This document shows, piece by piece, positions 51,587-61,992 of a stretch of 64,000 nucleotides of DNA. The translations under genes and the position numbers were made by a program. Source of the stretch: an uncultured virus (IMG/VR IMGVR_UViG_3300019135_000021) (lineage: Duplodnaviria > Heunggongvirae > Uroviricota > Caudoviricetes); the IMG/VR virus record IMGVR_UViG_3300019135_000021. One strand, given 5' to 3'. The notes under the pieces are model-generated. The model did no database searches. It had not been told where the DNA came from and was given only the letters and a program-made list of their open reading frames with translations. Position 1 is the stretch's first letter. Each line of letters starts with the position of its first letter.

Positions 51587-52030
51587 ATGTTTTTATTTAT
51601 GAAGAGAGTAGAATTACCAAATGAGGTAGGCAAAGCTTTGAAGGAATTGGTTGAGACAATTGGGGAAGAGGAACTTTACAAATTTGAGAACTTGCTTTGT
51701 CACTATAAACACAGTAATAAATATGAAAAGAAGACACAAAAACAAATTGCAACTATTGTTGATTTCGTCCGAGATTCAGAAAAAAATCGTGTTGAATATT
51801 ACGCTGCTTTGACAAGTGGTTTTAGTATTAAAACCGAACCTAAAAAAGAGAAGAGGAGTGACAAGGAAACAGAAGAGAACTGCAAAAATGAAGGGTTAGC
51901 AATCTACATAAAAGGAAAAATGGTTTGGGGGATTCCTTCTGAAAATTTAAATAGCAATTTAGAGGCTCTAATTGACGGCCGTTTATTAATTAACTGGTCA
52001 AGTTTTAAAGAGCGCACATTTTTTAAATAA
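51587..52030 (+). CDS. hypothetical phage protein
   Basis: ORF. Confidence 0.7.
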   Translation: MFLFMKRVELPNEVGKALKELVETIGEEELYKFENLLCHYKHSNKYEKKTQKQIATIVDFVRDSEKNRVEYYAALTSGFSIKTEPKKEKRSDKETEENCKNEGLAIYIKGKMVWGIPSENLNSNLEALIDGRLLINWSSFKERTFFK

Positions 52031-52071
52031 AAGTTTTTTATTTAAAAAAATAATAAAGGGGTTTTAAAAAA

Positions 52072-52392
52072 ATGAAAATCAAAAATGTAGAACTGTACAG
52101 AGTCATTGAAAATAAATATTTACCTAATGACAGAATCGGAATCATGGAATTCGAAAATTGTGAGATGTATGAGGAAAATCAGCATATTTTCTTAGAAACA
52201 AATGAAGAAGCTATTGATTATCACACTCTCTATAATTATTTAGATAAGAAACTATTCTTAAATGTAAGCAGGAATGAAGTGGAAAGGCCTTCGGTTATTC
52301 CAGTTAAATTTAAAAGAGATGTTCATTTAGCAAAAAAAGTAACCAGATTGGAATTTGAAGTTCAAGAACCGTGTAATATAACTATTTCTTAA
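52072..52392 (+). CDS. hypothetical phage protein
   Basis: ORF. Confidence 0.65.
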   Translation: MKIKNVELYRVIENKYLPNDRIGIMEFENCEMYEENQHIFLETNEEAIDYHTLYNYLDKKLFLNVSRNEVERPSVIPVKFKRDVHLAKKVTRLEFEVQEPCNITIS

Positions 52393-52439
52393 ACTAAACT
52401 AATTAAAAGGATGATTTAAAAGGGAGAGGAGGAAAGCCT

Positions 52440-52631
52440 GTGGCTTATGATGAGATTGATGGCAAGTTAATTAACCCAAAAGTAAGTGATGTAATTAAAG
52501 CATTACAAGATCAACTTGATTTTTACGGCGACACACCAGTTAACTTCAGGATTGATGGTGAAGAAGCAAGGGATGAGATTCAATTAGATCCATATAAAAA
52601 TGTTCTTGTGTTGCATTTAGAGGAAGTTTAA
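52440..52631 (+). CDS. hypothetical phage protein
   Basis: GGAGG RBS. Confidence 0.65.
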   Translation: MAYDEIDGKLINPKVSDVIKALQDQLDFYGDTPVNFRIDGEEARDEIQLDPYKNVLVLHLEEV

Positions 52632-52645
52632 GGAGGAAAGCTACA

Positions 52646-52858
52646 ATAGACACATATAATGTAATCGGTTGTCGGTTTAAACACTATAAAGGTGGTCTAT
52701 ATAAGGTTATTGGAGAGGTCATTCATACTGAGACAGAAGAGAAGCTTGTTACATATGAAGACATGGATGGCATTCTGTGGGCAAGGCCTAAGGACATGTT
52801 CTTTGGAAAAGTTGTTGTTGATGGAAAAGAGATAAATAGGTTCACAAAAATAAATTAG
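52646..52858 (+). CDS. DUF1653-like protein with apparent ATA start
   Basis: FKHYKGGLYKVIGEVIHTETEEKLVTY...WARPKDMF...RF; AGGAGG RBS; no in-frame ATG/GTG/TTG near the start. Confidence 0.75.
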   Translation: MDTYNVIGCRFKHYKGGLYKVIGEVIHTETEEKLVTYEDMDGILWARPKDMFFGKVVVDGKEINRFTKIN

Positions 52859-52874
52859 GAGATGATGCAATAAG

Positions 52875-53141
52875 ATGAAATTCTTTGAGGTGTGTGACCC
52901 ATACTACGCATTAATTAAAGCAAATACAAAAGAAAGAGCATTGAAGCTTTACACAGAAGCAGTTGCAGATGATGATGGACACTTAAGTGATGCGATTAAA
53001 GAAGTGGGCATGCTATATGCTGCAGTTAAACACAGTCGTACAGTAACAGAAGATCAAGAGCTATCTCCAATATCGGATGTTCTCGAAGAGCTTCAAAGTG
53101 ATGAGGAAAGAGTTTTGATCATGGACGGAAGTTTACTTTAA
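52875..53141 (+). CDS. hypothetical phage protein
   Basis: ORF. Confidence 0.7.
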   Translation: MKFFEVCDPYYALIKANTKERALKLYTEAVADDDGHLSDAIKEVGMLYAAVKHSRTVTEDQELSPISDVLEELQSDEERVLIMDGSLL

Positions 53142-53163
53142 AAGATGAAAATAAATTCAAAGG

Positions 53164-53517
53164 ATGATGATAATGGATAAAAAATATGGACTTTATTGTA
53201 TGGGATCACTTGTTAACACTTATGACGATGCTATCGAGGCTCATAATGACGCTGTGTTTGCTCAAGAAGAAAGTGGAGTACCACATGAAGTGAAAGAAAT
53301 TAAAGAAACAACGAATTTAAACCATTTCAAATTTAAACTCTCTGAAAAAATACAATCAAGATCTGACGCCGACTTCAGTAGAGTTGTATTCGAGGCAAAA
53401 AGAAGGGGTAACGCTGACTTGTATGATGTGACTAACAACATGTATGACGAAGCTTTTATTTATACAAAGTCTAACGTTGACGAGTATATCAAGAATGGTG
53501 ATTGGATTTTAATCTAA
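53164..53517 (+). CDS. hypothetical phage protein
   Basis: ORF. Confidence 0.7.
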   Translation: MMIMDKKYGLYCMGSLVNTYDDAIEAHNDAVFAQEESGVPHEVKEIKETTNLNHFKFKLSEKIQSRSDADFSRVVFEAKRRGNADLYDVTNNMYDEAFIYTKSNVDEYIKNGDWILI

Positions 53518-53540
53518 ATAAATTAAAAGGATGATATATA

Positions 53541-53795
53541 ATGGAAAAATGGGTGGTTGTAGTTAAACCTGATGGAGAAACAGCTAACGGAGAAGTATAC
53601 AACAATTTTGTTACAGGAGAAGATGTCACATTTACTGATTTAGAAGCTGCAGAAAAATTTGCTGCGAAGATTGAAGGGGAAGGGAGAAGAATGCAAGCAA
53701 CAGTTGAGCCATTGGATAATCATGTGAACACCAAAAGAGTGTTTGATGACAGCTTTGTAGCTACATTAGAAGCAAATAGAGCATCCCAAAATTAA
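53541..53795 (+). CDS. hypothetical phage protein
   Basis: ORF. Confidence 0.7.
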   Translation: MEKWVVVVKPDGETANGEVYNNFVTGEDVTFTDLEAAEKFAAKIEGEGRRMQATVEPLDNHVNTKRVFDDSFVATLEANRASQN

Positions 53796-53847
53796 ATAAA
53801 ATCATAATTTTATATACTAATTAAAAGTAATCTAAGGAGGAAGAGTT

Positions 53848-54195
53848 ATGGGTGCTGCTAAAAAACTGTATGTGAAAAAAGATCAACTTGTGAGCATTGA
53901 AGAAGCTAAAAGTAATATGACAATACATACACCGGAAGGCTATTCTGTCCCTGTTGCAGTGGGAGAGCTTGTGGCCACCAATCCAAAAGGAGAGCAATAC
54001 GTAGTACCTAAAAGCTACAGGAACAAATATGTCGAAGTCAAACAATTTAAGGATGCTTCATTATACGAGTCAATGGCAAAAGGATATCAAGAAATGGCTG
54101 CAATTAATTTAGAAGAGGCAAGCACCGGGTTTTCTGCGGAAAATCAAGCAGAAGAAATCACAGAGAAATTTGTTTCAGGAAGTATAAACGAATAA
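53848..54195 (+). CDS. hypothetical phage protein
   Basis: AAGGAGG RBS. Confidence 0.75.
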   Translation: MGAAKKLYVKKDQLVSIEEAKSNMTIHTPEGYSVPVAVGELVATNPKGEQYVVPKSYRNKYVEVKQFKDASLYESMAKGYQEMAAINLEEASTGFSAENQAEEITEKFVSGSINE

Positions 54196-54596
54196 TGCTT
54201 GTTACATATGAAAGCATGACAGGTAATGTTAGAAGATTTGTAAGAAAGCTTGAGCAAAAAATGCAAATTAAAACTATGGAAATCACTGAGGATTTAAAGG
54301 TTGATGAGCCATTCATACATATTACATACACAATTAAATTCGGGCAAATTCCTGAAAAAACTCAGAAGTTTATACATAATAATAAAGATTTTTTGTACGG
54401 GGTTTGTTCAAGCGGGAATCGAAATTGGGGTAGCTATTATGCTGCGGCGGCAGATAAACTCTCACAACACTATCAAGTACCAGTACTTCTTAAGTTTGAA
54501 TTAAGTGGATCAGATTCAGACTTGGACAAGTTAATACAGGAGGTTAAGTTTATTGACAGTAATCAATCAGGTGCCAAAGTGGGTTCAACTGAATAA
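54195..54596 (+). CDS. nrdI: class Ib RNR flavodoxin NrdI
   Basis: YESMTGNV, SSGNRNWG, KFELSG. Confidence 0.93.
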   Translation: MLVTYESMTGNVRRFVRKLEQKMQIKTMEITEDLKVDEPFIHITYTIKFGQIPEKTQKFIHNNKDFLYGVCSSGNRNWGSYYAAAADKLSQHYQVPVLLKFELSGSDSDLDKLIQEVKFIDSNQSGAKVGSTE

Positions 54597-55278
54597 CGAA
54601 ATTATGATTCAAAAAGACGGGAAGTTTCAATTCGAGAAGGACAGGGAAGCTGTACACAGTTATTTTGTTGACTATGTTAATCAAAACACTGTCTTCTTTC
54701 ACGATCTCAAAGAAAAACTGGACTATCTTTTAGAGAATGATTATTACGAAGAAGAGTTTTTAAGCAAATATACCTTTGCACAGATTAAAGAAGTGTTCAA
54801 ATTGGCGTATAGCTTCAAATTCAGATTCCCTTCATTCATGAGTGCATTCAAGTTTTACAATGACTATGCCTTGAAGACAAACGATAAAACGAAAATTCTT
54901 GAACGATATGAAGATCGAGTGAGTATTGTTGCTTTGTTTTTCGCCAATGGAGATGCTGAAAAAGCAAAAGAATTCACTTCACTTATGATGAAACAGGAAT
55001 ATCAACCATCAACACCTACTTTTCTTAATGCAGGACGAAAAAGAAGAGGTGAAATGGTTAGCTGCTTCTTACTCGAAGTTAATGATTCATTGAATGACAT
55101 TTCTAGAGCAGTTGATATTTCAATGCAGTTATCTAAACTTGGTGGTGGTGTTGCACTTAATCTGAGCAAGATTCGAGCAAAAGGTGAGCCAATTAAAAAA
55201 GTTGAGAATGCTACAAAAGGCGTTGTAGGTGTAATGAAACTGCTCGATAACGCTTTTCGGTATGCAGACCAGATGGGT
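54553..55278 (+). CDS. nrdE: ribonucleotide reductase class Ib alpha, exon 1
   Basis: WVQLNNEI, PSTPTFLNAG, VSCFLL; ends ADQMG. Confidence 0.95.
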
Positions 55279-56218
55279 TAATTTGGCCCCTTTCGTCAGC
55301 AATGGCGATCGAAAACCTCTTTAATTCATGGGAACTCCCCAAAATACGGGTTTGGGTCAAATTCATACCAAAATAAAGGGGGACGATCATGAGCGAAGCA
55401 AGACGGCCACACAACAAATTAGATATCGATGAGGAATTTATTCGCAAAAATTATTACATAATGAGCGCAAGAGAAATTGGTGAGGTTTTGGGTGTATCGC
55501 GGGAAGCAATTAATCATCGAGTAATTAAAATGGGATTACGAAAGACACAAATACCTTTCATGAAAAGAGAGGGAGAAATATTAGTCCCAATACAAGAGCT
55601 TCCCAACTACGGGGTCACAAATCACAGCCGAGTAGTCAATCTAAAACGCATGACCTTAGTTAAAACGAAAATTGATCGTGAGGGCTACGTTAAAGTGACT
55701 CTTAACAAAAACGGTAAAGCTGTTGACAGACGTGTTCACCGTTTAGTAGCTCTTCATTTCATACCTAACCCGAATAATTTACCGCAAGTTAATCATATTG
55801 ACGGAGATAAGTCAAATCCAAGTATTAATAATCTTGAATGGGTGACAGAAAAAGGAAATGCTCAACACGCCTTAAAACATGGCTTGATTCGTGTTGGTGA
55901 AAAGAGCCCAAATGCTACAATTACTGAAAAACAGGCCCTATCAATTTTAAAAGATTTTCAAAACGGTATGACTATTTCTGAGGTAAGAAAAGCTCACCCA
56001 TATGCGAGTAAATCAATTGTCGATAAAATTTGTCAAGGTGGAAACACCTTGATAAAACGTCTTGAACGTGCAACGACTAGCCGGAAGGCGTAGGCTACAA
56101 GCGATTGGTAGCCGAAACAGGAGGCATCCCAATGGGATGAAGATATAGTCTAATCTTCGTGGTAACATGGAGCGGCCGAAAGGCGGGGCGTGTGTAGCGA
56201 ACACGTCCGAATAGTCTG
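55279..56218 (+). ncRNA. group I intron in nrdE
   Basis: Exon ends GGT and intron ends G; splicing restores ADQMG-QRQGSGAAYL; GCAACGACTA and AAGATATAGTCT elements. Confidence 0.92.
55389..56093 (+). CDS. intron-encoded HNH homing endonuclease
   Basis: RVHRLVA..F, VNHIDGDKSNP...NLEWVT. Confidence 0.9.
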   Translation: MSEARRPHNKLDIDEEFIRKNYYIMSAREIGEVLGVSREAINHRVIKMGLRKTQIPFMKREGEILVPIQELPNYGVTNHSRVVNLKRMTLVKTKIDREGYVKVTLNKNGKAVDRRVHRLVALHFIPNPNNLPQVNHIDGDKSNPSINNLEWVTEKGNAQHALKHGLIRVGEKSPNATITEKQALSILKDFQNGMTISEVRKAHPYASKSIVDKICQGGNTLIKRLERATTSRKA

Positions 56219-58753
56219 CAAAGACAAGGATCAGGAGCTGCTTATCTTAACGTATTTCACCCTGACATCAATGATTTCCTTGATACGAAAAAAATCTCAG
56301 TAGATGAGGATGTTAGGGCAAAAACCTTATCAATTGGCGTAGTTATTCCAGATAAATTTATTGAACTTGCTAGGGAAGACAAGGACTTCTACATGTTTTA
56401 TCCCTATTCAGTTTATAAAGAATACGGACAACATTTAGACGAAATGGACATTGCAAAAATGTATGACAAACTGGTCGAAAACCCAAATGTCAGAAAGAAA
56501 AAAGCGAATGCTCGTAAACTATTAGAAAAGCTTGCATTGTTACGATCAGAGTCAGGGTATCCTTACCTGATGTTTGCCGACAATGTAAATCGATTCCACG
56601 CGAACAGTCATGTTTCGAAGGTTAAATTTTCTAACTTGTGTGTGACGGGAGATACTCTTCTTTTAACCGAAAATGGGTACGAAAAAGCCTCAGATCTTTA
56701 TAAAAGTCAAAAAGATTTAAGGGTCGTTATTGACAATCGGACAAAACGGTTTGACAAGGATTGCAAAGGGACTTCAATTGTGAATGCGATACCTATGCAG
56801 CTAACTAAAAAGGACGCAGGTGTTTTTAAAGTTAAAACTAAGCAAGGATTTGAAATCAGAGCAACAGAGTGGCACAAGTTTTATGTTAAACGAAATAACG
56901 AAATACAGAAACTTCAGCTTAACCAACTTGTTCCGGGGGACAAACTACTGATTCAGTCAGGTGAAGGGGCATATGGGAATATTCATGAACCTGATCTCGC
57001 ATATATCATGGGGATTATAGCTGGGGATGGAACCATAACAGATAAGACAGCGAAGATTTATTTATATGACAATAAAAAGGTGTTGGAACAAAAGGTTAAA
57101 GAGAGTGTTCATCTTGTAATTAATAGACATAAAATTAATCGTGTTTATAAGCACAACACTTCTTTTACTCCAAAATTTAATGTTGCTGATCCAGAGAAAC
57201 AAGATTTATTATTTATGTCTAGTACAGTGCTCTTTGACATTTTAAATAAATATGGAATGACAAAAGATACAAAAACAAGAGTTCCAGAGTTCTTATATCA
57301 AGCTGACAAGGAAACACAAGCAGCTTATTTGTCTGGATTGTTTCAAACGGATGGTTGTGTAAATGCCAATTATAAAGCGAAGGCACTAACAATTGAATTA
57401 ACATCAGTTGATTTTGAGAGTTTGCAAGATGTGCAAAAGTTACTCATTAATATGGGAGTATATACAACCATTTATACCAATAACAAACGCTCACAGGAGC
57501 TTCTCCCTGATGGCCGGGGCGGTTCCAAATTATACAAAGTTAAACCAACTCACAAGCTTAGTATTCAGGACAGAGCGTCGAGAGAATTGTTCATGAGCAT
57601 TGTTAATTTGAAAGAATATGATAAGTACAAATTCAACATGTTGACTGAAAAATTGCAAGCAAAATCACGAAAGCCAAAACATGATTTCACAGCCGAAATT
57701 ATCAGCATTGAAAAAGATGGGGTAGAGGATGTCTATGACACAACACAAGAAGATTATCATTCTCTAATTTTTAATGGAATTGTAACTGGTAACTGTTCAG
57801 AAGTCCTTCAGGCTTCCCAAGTATCGTCTTACACCGATTACGGAGAAGAGGACGATATTGGCTTGGACATTTCATGTAATCTAGGCTCGATCAATATCTT
57901 CAACGTCATGAAGAACGATTCAATTAAGAATACAGTTAAATTAGCTATTGATGCATTGACTCATGTATCGAATAAAACCAATATTACAAATGCTCCAGCA
58001 GTTGCTAAGGCAAATAAGCTTATGAGGTCAGTTGGGCTTGGAGCAATGAATCTGCACGGTTTCTTAGCTCAAAATGGTATTGCCTACGAAAGTGAGGAAG
58101 CGAGGGACTTCGCGAACACTTTCTTTATGATGATGAACTTTTATTCTCTTGAGCGTTCAATGGAAATCGCCAAAGAAGCCGGGGAAACATATTACCAGTT
58201 TGAAGGCTCTACATACAAATCAGGTGAATATTTCAAGAAATACGAAGAACAAAGCTTTAGTCCAAAGTATGAAAAAGTAAAAAAACTGTTTGGAGATCAG
58301 CATATTCCAACAATTGAAGATTGGAAGAAGCTTAAACAAGCTGTGATGAAGTATGGCTTATATCATTCTTATAGACAAGCAATAGCTCCCACAGGAAGCA
58401 TCTCGTATGTTCAATCCTCAACAGCTGGTGTCATGCCTATTATGGAGCGCATAGAGGAACGGACATACGGAAATTCCAAGACGTATTATCCGATGCCGGG
58501 GCTTAGCGCGAAGAACTGGTTCTTCTACAAGGAAGCGTACGACATGGATATGTTCAAAGTCGTCGATATGATCGCGACAATTCAGCAGCACGTCGATCAA
58601 GGCATTTCATTTACGTTGTTCTTAAAGGATACGATGACGACGCGCGATCTTAACCGAATTGACCTTTACGCGCATCACAAAGGAATCAAGACGCTGTACT
58701 ACGCGCGAACAAAAGATACCGGGCAGGAAGGCTGCTTGTCGTGCGTGGTTTAA
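56219..58753 (+). CDS. nrdE: ribonucleotide reductase alpha, exon 2 (contains an intein)
   Basis: FSNL|C...N|CSE, APTGSIS, C-terminal CLSCVV. Confidence 0.95.
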   Translation, partial: QRQGSGAAYLNVFHPDINDFLDTKKISVDEDVRAKTLSIGVVIPDKFIELAREDKDFYMFYPYSVYKEYGQHLDEMDIAKMYDKLVENPNVRKKKANARKLLEKLALLRSESGYPYLMFADNVNRFHANSHVSKVKFSNLCVTGDTLLLTENGYEKASDLYKSQKDLRVVIDNRTKRFDKDCKGTSIVNAIPMQLTKKDAGVFKVKTKQGFEIRATEWHKFYVKRNNEIQKLQLNQLVPGDKLLIQSGEGAYGNIHEPDLAYIMGIIAGDGTITDKTAKIYLYDNKKVLEQKVKESVHLVINRHKINRVYKHNTSFTPKFNVADPEKQDLLFMSSTVLFDILNKYGMTKDTKTRVPEFLYQADKETQAAYLSGLFQTDGCVNANYKAKALTIELTSVDFESLQDVQKLLINMGVYTTIYTNNKRSQELLPDGRGGSKLYKVKPTHKLSIQDRASRELFMSIVNLKEYDKYKFNMLTEKLQAKSRKPKHDFTAEIISIEKDGVEDVYDTTQEDYHSLIFNGIVTGNCSEVLQASQVSSYTDYGEEDDIGLDISCNLGSINIFNVMKNDSIKNTVKLAIDALTHVSNKTNITNAPAVAKANKLMRSVGLGAMNLHGFLAQNGIAYESEEARDFANTFFMMMNFYSLERSMEIAKEAGETYYQFEGSTYKSGEYFKKYEEQSFSPKYEKVKKLFGDQHIPTIEDWKKLKQAVMKYGLYHSYRQAIAPTGSISYVQSSTAGVMPIMERIEERTYGNSKTYYPMPGLSAKNWFFYKEAYDMDMFKVVDMIATIQQHVDQGISFTLFLKDTMTTRDLNRIDLYAHHKGIKTLYYARTKDTGQEGCLSCVV
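56639..57793 (+). mobile_element. 385-aa LAGLIDADG intein in NrdE
   Basis: Begins CVTGDT, ends IVTGN followed by catalytic Cys; motifs MGIIAGDG and LSGLFQTDG. Confidence 0.93.
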
Positions 58754-58774
58754 ACAAAGAAGGGAGAGGCGGTT

Positions 58775-58996
58775 ATGCTTACTTCGTTAGCAATCTGGTA
58801 TTTAAGAAGACGAAAAAGGTCTGTTCTTATTGGTTTTGAGGCGGATGGCGGTCAAGTGAAATCACAAAGTAATAGAACGTTTGTATATGACAGTACTTTT
58901 CGGAACGTGATTTTTAAAGAAGCAGACGGCGAGGTTTTGATTTTACCTAAAGGAAAGTTCTCAATAAGAAGGAGGTCGAATGATGCGGAAGGTTAA
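58775..58996 (+). CDS. hypothetical protein
   Basis: GGAGAGG RBS. Confidence 0.6.
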   Translation: MLTSLAIWYLRRRKRSVLIGFEADGGQVKSQSNRTFVYDSTFRNVIFKEADGEVLILPKGKFSIRRRSNDAEG

Positions 58997-59156
58997 AATC
59001 GAGGGCTACGTGATTTACAACGAGGACGAATTAATTCACGGAACGTGTGTGACGCATGGAATCGATCATTGGTTATTCAACGAAGACTTTCCTCGCGAAT
59101 GGTCTTTCAGCGCCGTATCAGATGAGGAAGTAGATTATGACGAGGAGGACGAATAG
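58980..59156 (+). CDS. small acidic hypothetical protein
   Basis: AGGAGG RBS; 58 aa. Confidence 0.55.
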   Translation: MMRKVKIEGYVIYNEDELIHGTCVTHGIDHWLFNEDFPREWSFSAVSDEEVDYDEEDE

Positions 59157-59297
59157 ATGTCGCAACCATTGACGGATGAAGAAATCGCGGAATTACGGCG
59201 ATATGAGCGATGGTGCTACGATACTATGAATCACGCTACAATCACGCCTAGAATATTAACGGCATTGCTAGACGGTTACAAGAAGGAGGACGAATAA
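59157..59297 (+). CDS. small hypothetical protein
   Basis: GAGGAGG RBS; 46 aa. Confidence 0.55.
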   Translation: MSQPLTDEEIAELRRYERWCYDTMNHATITPRILTALLDGYKKEDE

Positions 59298-59302
59298 TTA
59301 TA

Positions 59303-60286
59303 TTGATTAAGATTCTTGAGTTATTTGGGGGAATTGGGGCACCGAGGAAAGCATTAGTTAACCTCGGTGTGGATCATAAAGCAATTGATTATGTAGAAAT
59401 TGACGAAAAGGCAGTAAGGGCATATAACGCACTATATGACCATCGCTATAAGCCACAAAGCGTAGTGGGGTACGATTTGCGACCAGATGTTTTAGTGCAT
59501 GGATCGCCTTGTCAAGATTTTAGTAGAGCTGGTCAAAGATTGGGAGGAAATGATGAAGATAAAACAAGATCTTCGCTCATGTGGGAAACGTTAAGGATTA
59601 TTGAAAATATGGGGAATTGGAAACCAAAGTATGTTATTGGGGAAAATGTTAAAGGCGTACTTGATAAGGATATGATTCACAACTTTAACAAATATCTTTC
59701 GAAAATGAGCGATCTTGGATATACGAATTCATTTGAAGTTCTTAATGCTATGGATTTTGGTGTCCCTCAGCGAAGAGAACGAGTATTTACAATTTCTATA
59801 TTGGGGAATAAGGCTTTTAACTTCAGTAAGCTAAATCGAAAAACAGCACAACACATCAAAGAGTTCTTAGAAGTTAATGTTACAGCTCCTCAGTATATGA
59901 TTAATATTCCAAGTATGTTAAATCGTATAGAAGAGTTCAATCCAAACGCAGATGAGAAATATCGTTATTTAGATGTAATTGAGGACAGTTGCTGGACAAT
60001 CAGCACTCGACAAGATAGATGTCCGAATGCGGGAATTATTCGGATAGGTGAATTAAAATATCGCTATTTAACTGAACGTGAGTGTTGGAGGCTGATGGGC
60101 TTTGATGATTCTGACTTTGAAGAGGTCTTAAAAGAGTATCCTACAAAACCAAATAAGCGCAATGCAACTTTATATAAACTAGCAGGCAATAGTATTGTTG
60201 TACAAGTTTTAGAGTCTATTTTTGAAGAGTTATTAAAAGAGGAACTTAAAACAGAAGTTGCTAATCAGTCATTAGAAACTATTTGA
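59303..60286 (+). CDS. DNA (cytosine-5)-methyltransferase, orphan
   Basis: ELFGGIG, GSPCQDFS, ENV, QRRER, AGNS. Confidence 0.93.
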   Translation: MIKILELFGGIGAPRKALVNLGVDHKAIDYVEIDEKAVRAYNALYDHRYKPQSVVGYDLRPDVLVHGSPCQDFSRAGQRLGGNDEDKTRSSLMWETLRIIENMGNWKPKYVIGENVKGVLDKDMIHNFNKYLSKMSDLGYTNSFEVLNAMDFGVPQRRERVFTISILGNKAFNFSKLNRKTAQHIKEFLEVNVTAPQYMINIPSMLNRIEEFNPNADEKYRYLDVIEDSCWTISTRQDRCPNAGIIRIGELKYRYLTERECWRLMGFDDSDFEEVLKEYPTKPNKRNATLYKLAGNSIVVQVLESIFEELLKEELKTEVANQSLETI

Positions 60287-60321
60287 AGAATAAAATTGAT
60301 CTGAAAAAGTGAGGCAAACAT

Positions 60322-61317
60322 ATGGCAGAAAACAATGCACCATATACAGCGGCCAACTGGTCGCAGCACGAAGACGGATTCACGCAGATGTTTTACGAAC
60401 AGAACGTTAAGCAGTTTTGGCTTCCGGAAGAGATTTCGCTAAACGGCGACCTTCTAACGTGGAAATATCTCGGAGCCAACGAACAAGATACATATATGAA
60501 AGTGTTGGCCGGTTTAACCTTACTGGACACAGAACAAGGGAATACTGGTATGCCAACAATTGCTGAGCATGTGGAAGGGCATCAGCGCAAAGCGGTGCTG
60601 AACTTCATGGCGATGATGGAAAACGCGGTCCACGCCAAGTCCTATTCAAACATTTTCATGACGCTTGCCCCGACAGAGAAGATAACGGAACTGTTCGAAT
60701 GGGTGAAGACGAATCGCTACTTGCAGCGGAAAGCCGCAATCATTGGCGGACTGTATAACGCGATTGAGGCAGGCGATGACATTTCGTTATACAAGGCGAT
60801 GGTCGCATCCGTTTATTTAGAAAGCTTCCTGTTCTACAGCGGATTTTATTATCCGTTATATTTCTACGGTCAAGGAAAGCTGATGCAGTGCGGAGAAATT
60901 ATCAACCTCATAATTCGGGACGAAGCGATTCACGGTGTTTATGTCGGTTTGCTTGCCCAGGAAATTTACAACAAGAAAGACGAAGGCACGCAGCATCGAC
61001 TTGAAATGTTTGCGTTAAGCCTTATCGAAGAACTCTATCGCAACGAGATCGCCTACACTGAAGAACTGTATGATCAAGTCGGCCTCACACATGACGTTAA
61101 AAAATTCATCCGGTATAACGGAAACAAAGCGTTGTCCAATCTCGGATTCGATCCGTACTTTGAAGAAGAAGAAGAGATCAATCCGATCGTGTTGAACGGG
61201 TTGAATACGAAAACGAAGTCACACGACTTCTTCTCAATGAAAGGGAACGGCTACAAAAAAGCAACAGTTGAACCGTTAAAAGACGACGATTTTTACTTTG
61301 AGGAGGCACCACAATAA
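60322..61317 (+). CDS. nrdF: ribonucleotide reductase class Ib beta (no intron)
   Basis: [28 protein letters not shown]. Confidence 0.96.
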   Translation: MAENNAPYTAANWSQHEDGFTQMFYEQNVKQFWLPEEISLNGDLLTWKYLGANEQDTYMKVLAGLTLLDTEQGNTGMPTIAEHVEGHQRKAVLNFMAMMENAVHAKSYSNIFMTLAPTEKITELFEWVKTNRYLQRKAAIIGGLYNAIEAGDDISLYKAMVASVYLESFLFYSGFYYPLYFYGQGKLMQCGEIINLIIRDEAIHGVYVGLLAQEIYNKKDEGTQHRLEMFALSLIEELYRNEIAYTEELYDQVGLTHDVKKFIRYNGNKALSNLGFDPYFEEEEEINPIVLNGLNTKTKSHDFFSMKGNGYKKATVEPLKDDDFYFEEAPQ

Positions 61318-61568
61318 TGAAATTAATCAAATTAGAACAGCCTTCATGCACCCCTTGTCAATTAGTGTCTAATTATCTAAAAGAAAAAGGGATTGAATTT
61401 GAGGCGATTGATGTTACTGTACGGCCAGAAGTAGCAGCAGAGTATGGAGTGATGGGAGTCCCCGTCACTATTCTACTCGATGGAGAAGGTAAAGAAGTAA
61501 AACGCAGCAGCGGTTTTAAGCCAAATGAATTAGATGAATTAATTTTTAAAATCGAAAACTGTAAATAA
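61317..61568 (+). CDS. thioredoxin/NrdH-like redoxin
   Basis: CTPC motif. Confidence 0.88.
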   Translation: MKLIKLEQPSCTPCQLVSNYLKEKGIEFEAIDVTVRPEVAAEYGVMGVPVTILLDGEGKEVKRSSGFKPNELDELIFKIENCK

Positions 61569-61605
61569 AATGGTAATTTTAATGAGAATTAAAAGGAGAG
61601 ATTGA

Positions 61606-61992
61606 ATGTATTTCATTGAAAAACAAGAAGAATTAATCGGAAAAGAAATTGCTTATGTCTGGGCAAATCAGTTTTGTGAGCAAACAACTATCATTACAAA
61701 AGATAAAGGTGTATTTATGGTTTGCCAAGAAGTTGGCTGGGACGATGGAGATAAAGAGACAAGAGTATTTTATGCACATGAAGCCAAGGAAATATTATAT
61801 CCTCTTAGAAGAGAATTGCATAAAAAAGGAATCATTGACGAATCTGAGTGGGGAGAATATGAAAAAGAACTAAAAAAGAAACAGGAAGCTGAAAGGGAAA
61901 GATTTTGTAAGAAACAAGAAGAAAGAGAACGTAAAAAGTATGAGGAGTTGAAAGCAAAGTTTGAAAATCAGGCAGAGCCAATTAAGGATTAG
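61606..61992 (+). CDS. hypothetical phage protein
   Basis: AAGGAG RBS. Confidence 0.75.
   Translation: MYFIEKQEELIGKEIAYVWANQFCEQTTIITKDKGVFMVCQEVGWDDGDKETRVFYAHEAKEILYPLRRELHKKGIIDESEWGEYEKELKKKQEAERERFCKKQEERERKKYEELKAKFENQAEPIKD

Noticed and set aside
59303..60286. Methyltransferase as part of a restriction-modification system
   Set aside because: There is no adjacent endonuclease gene.
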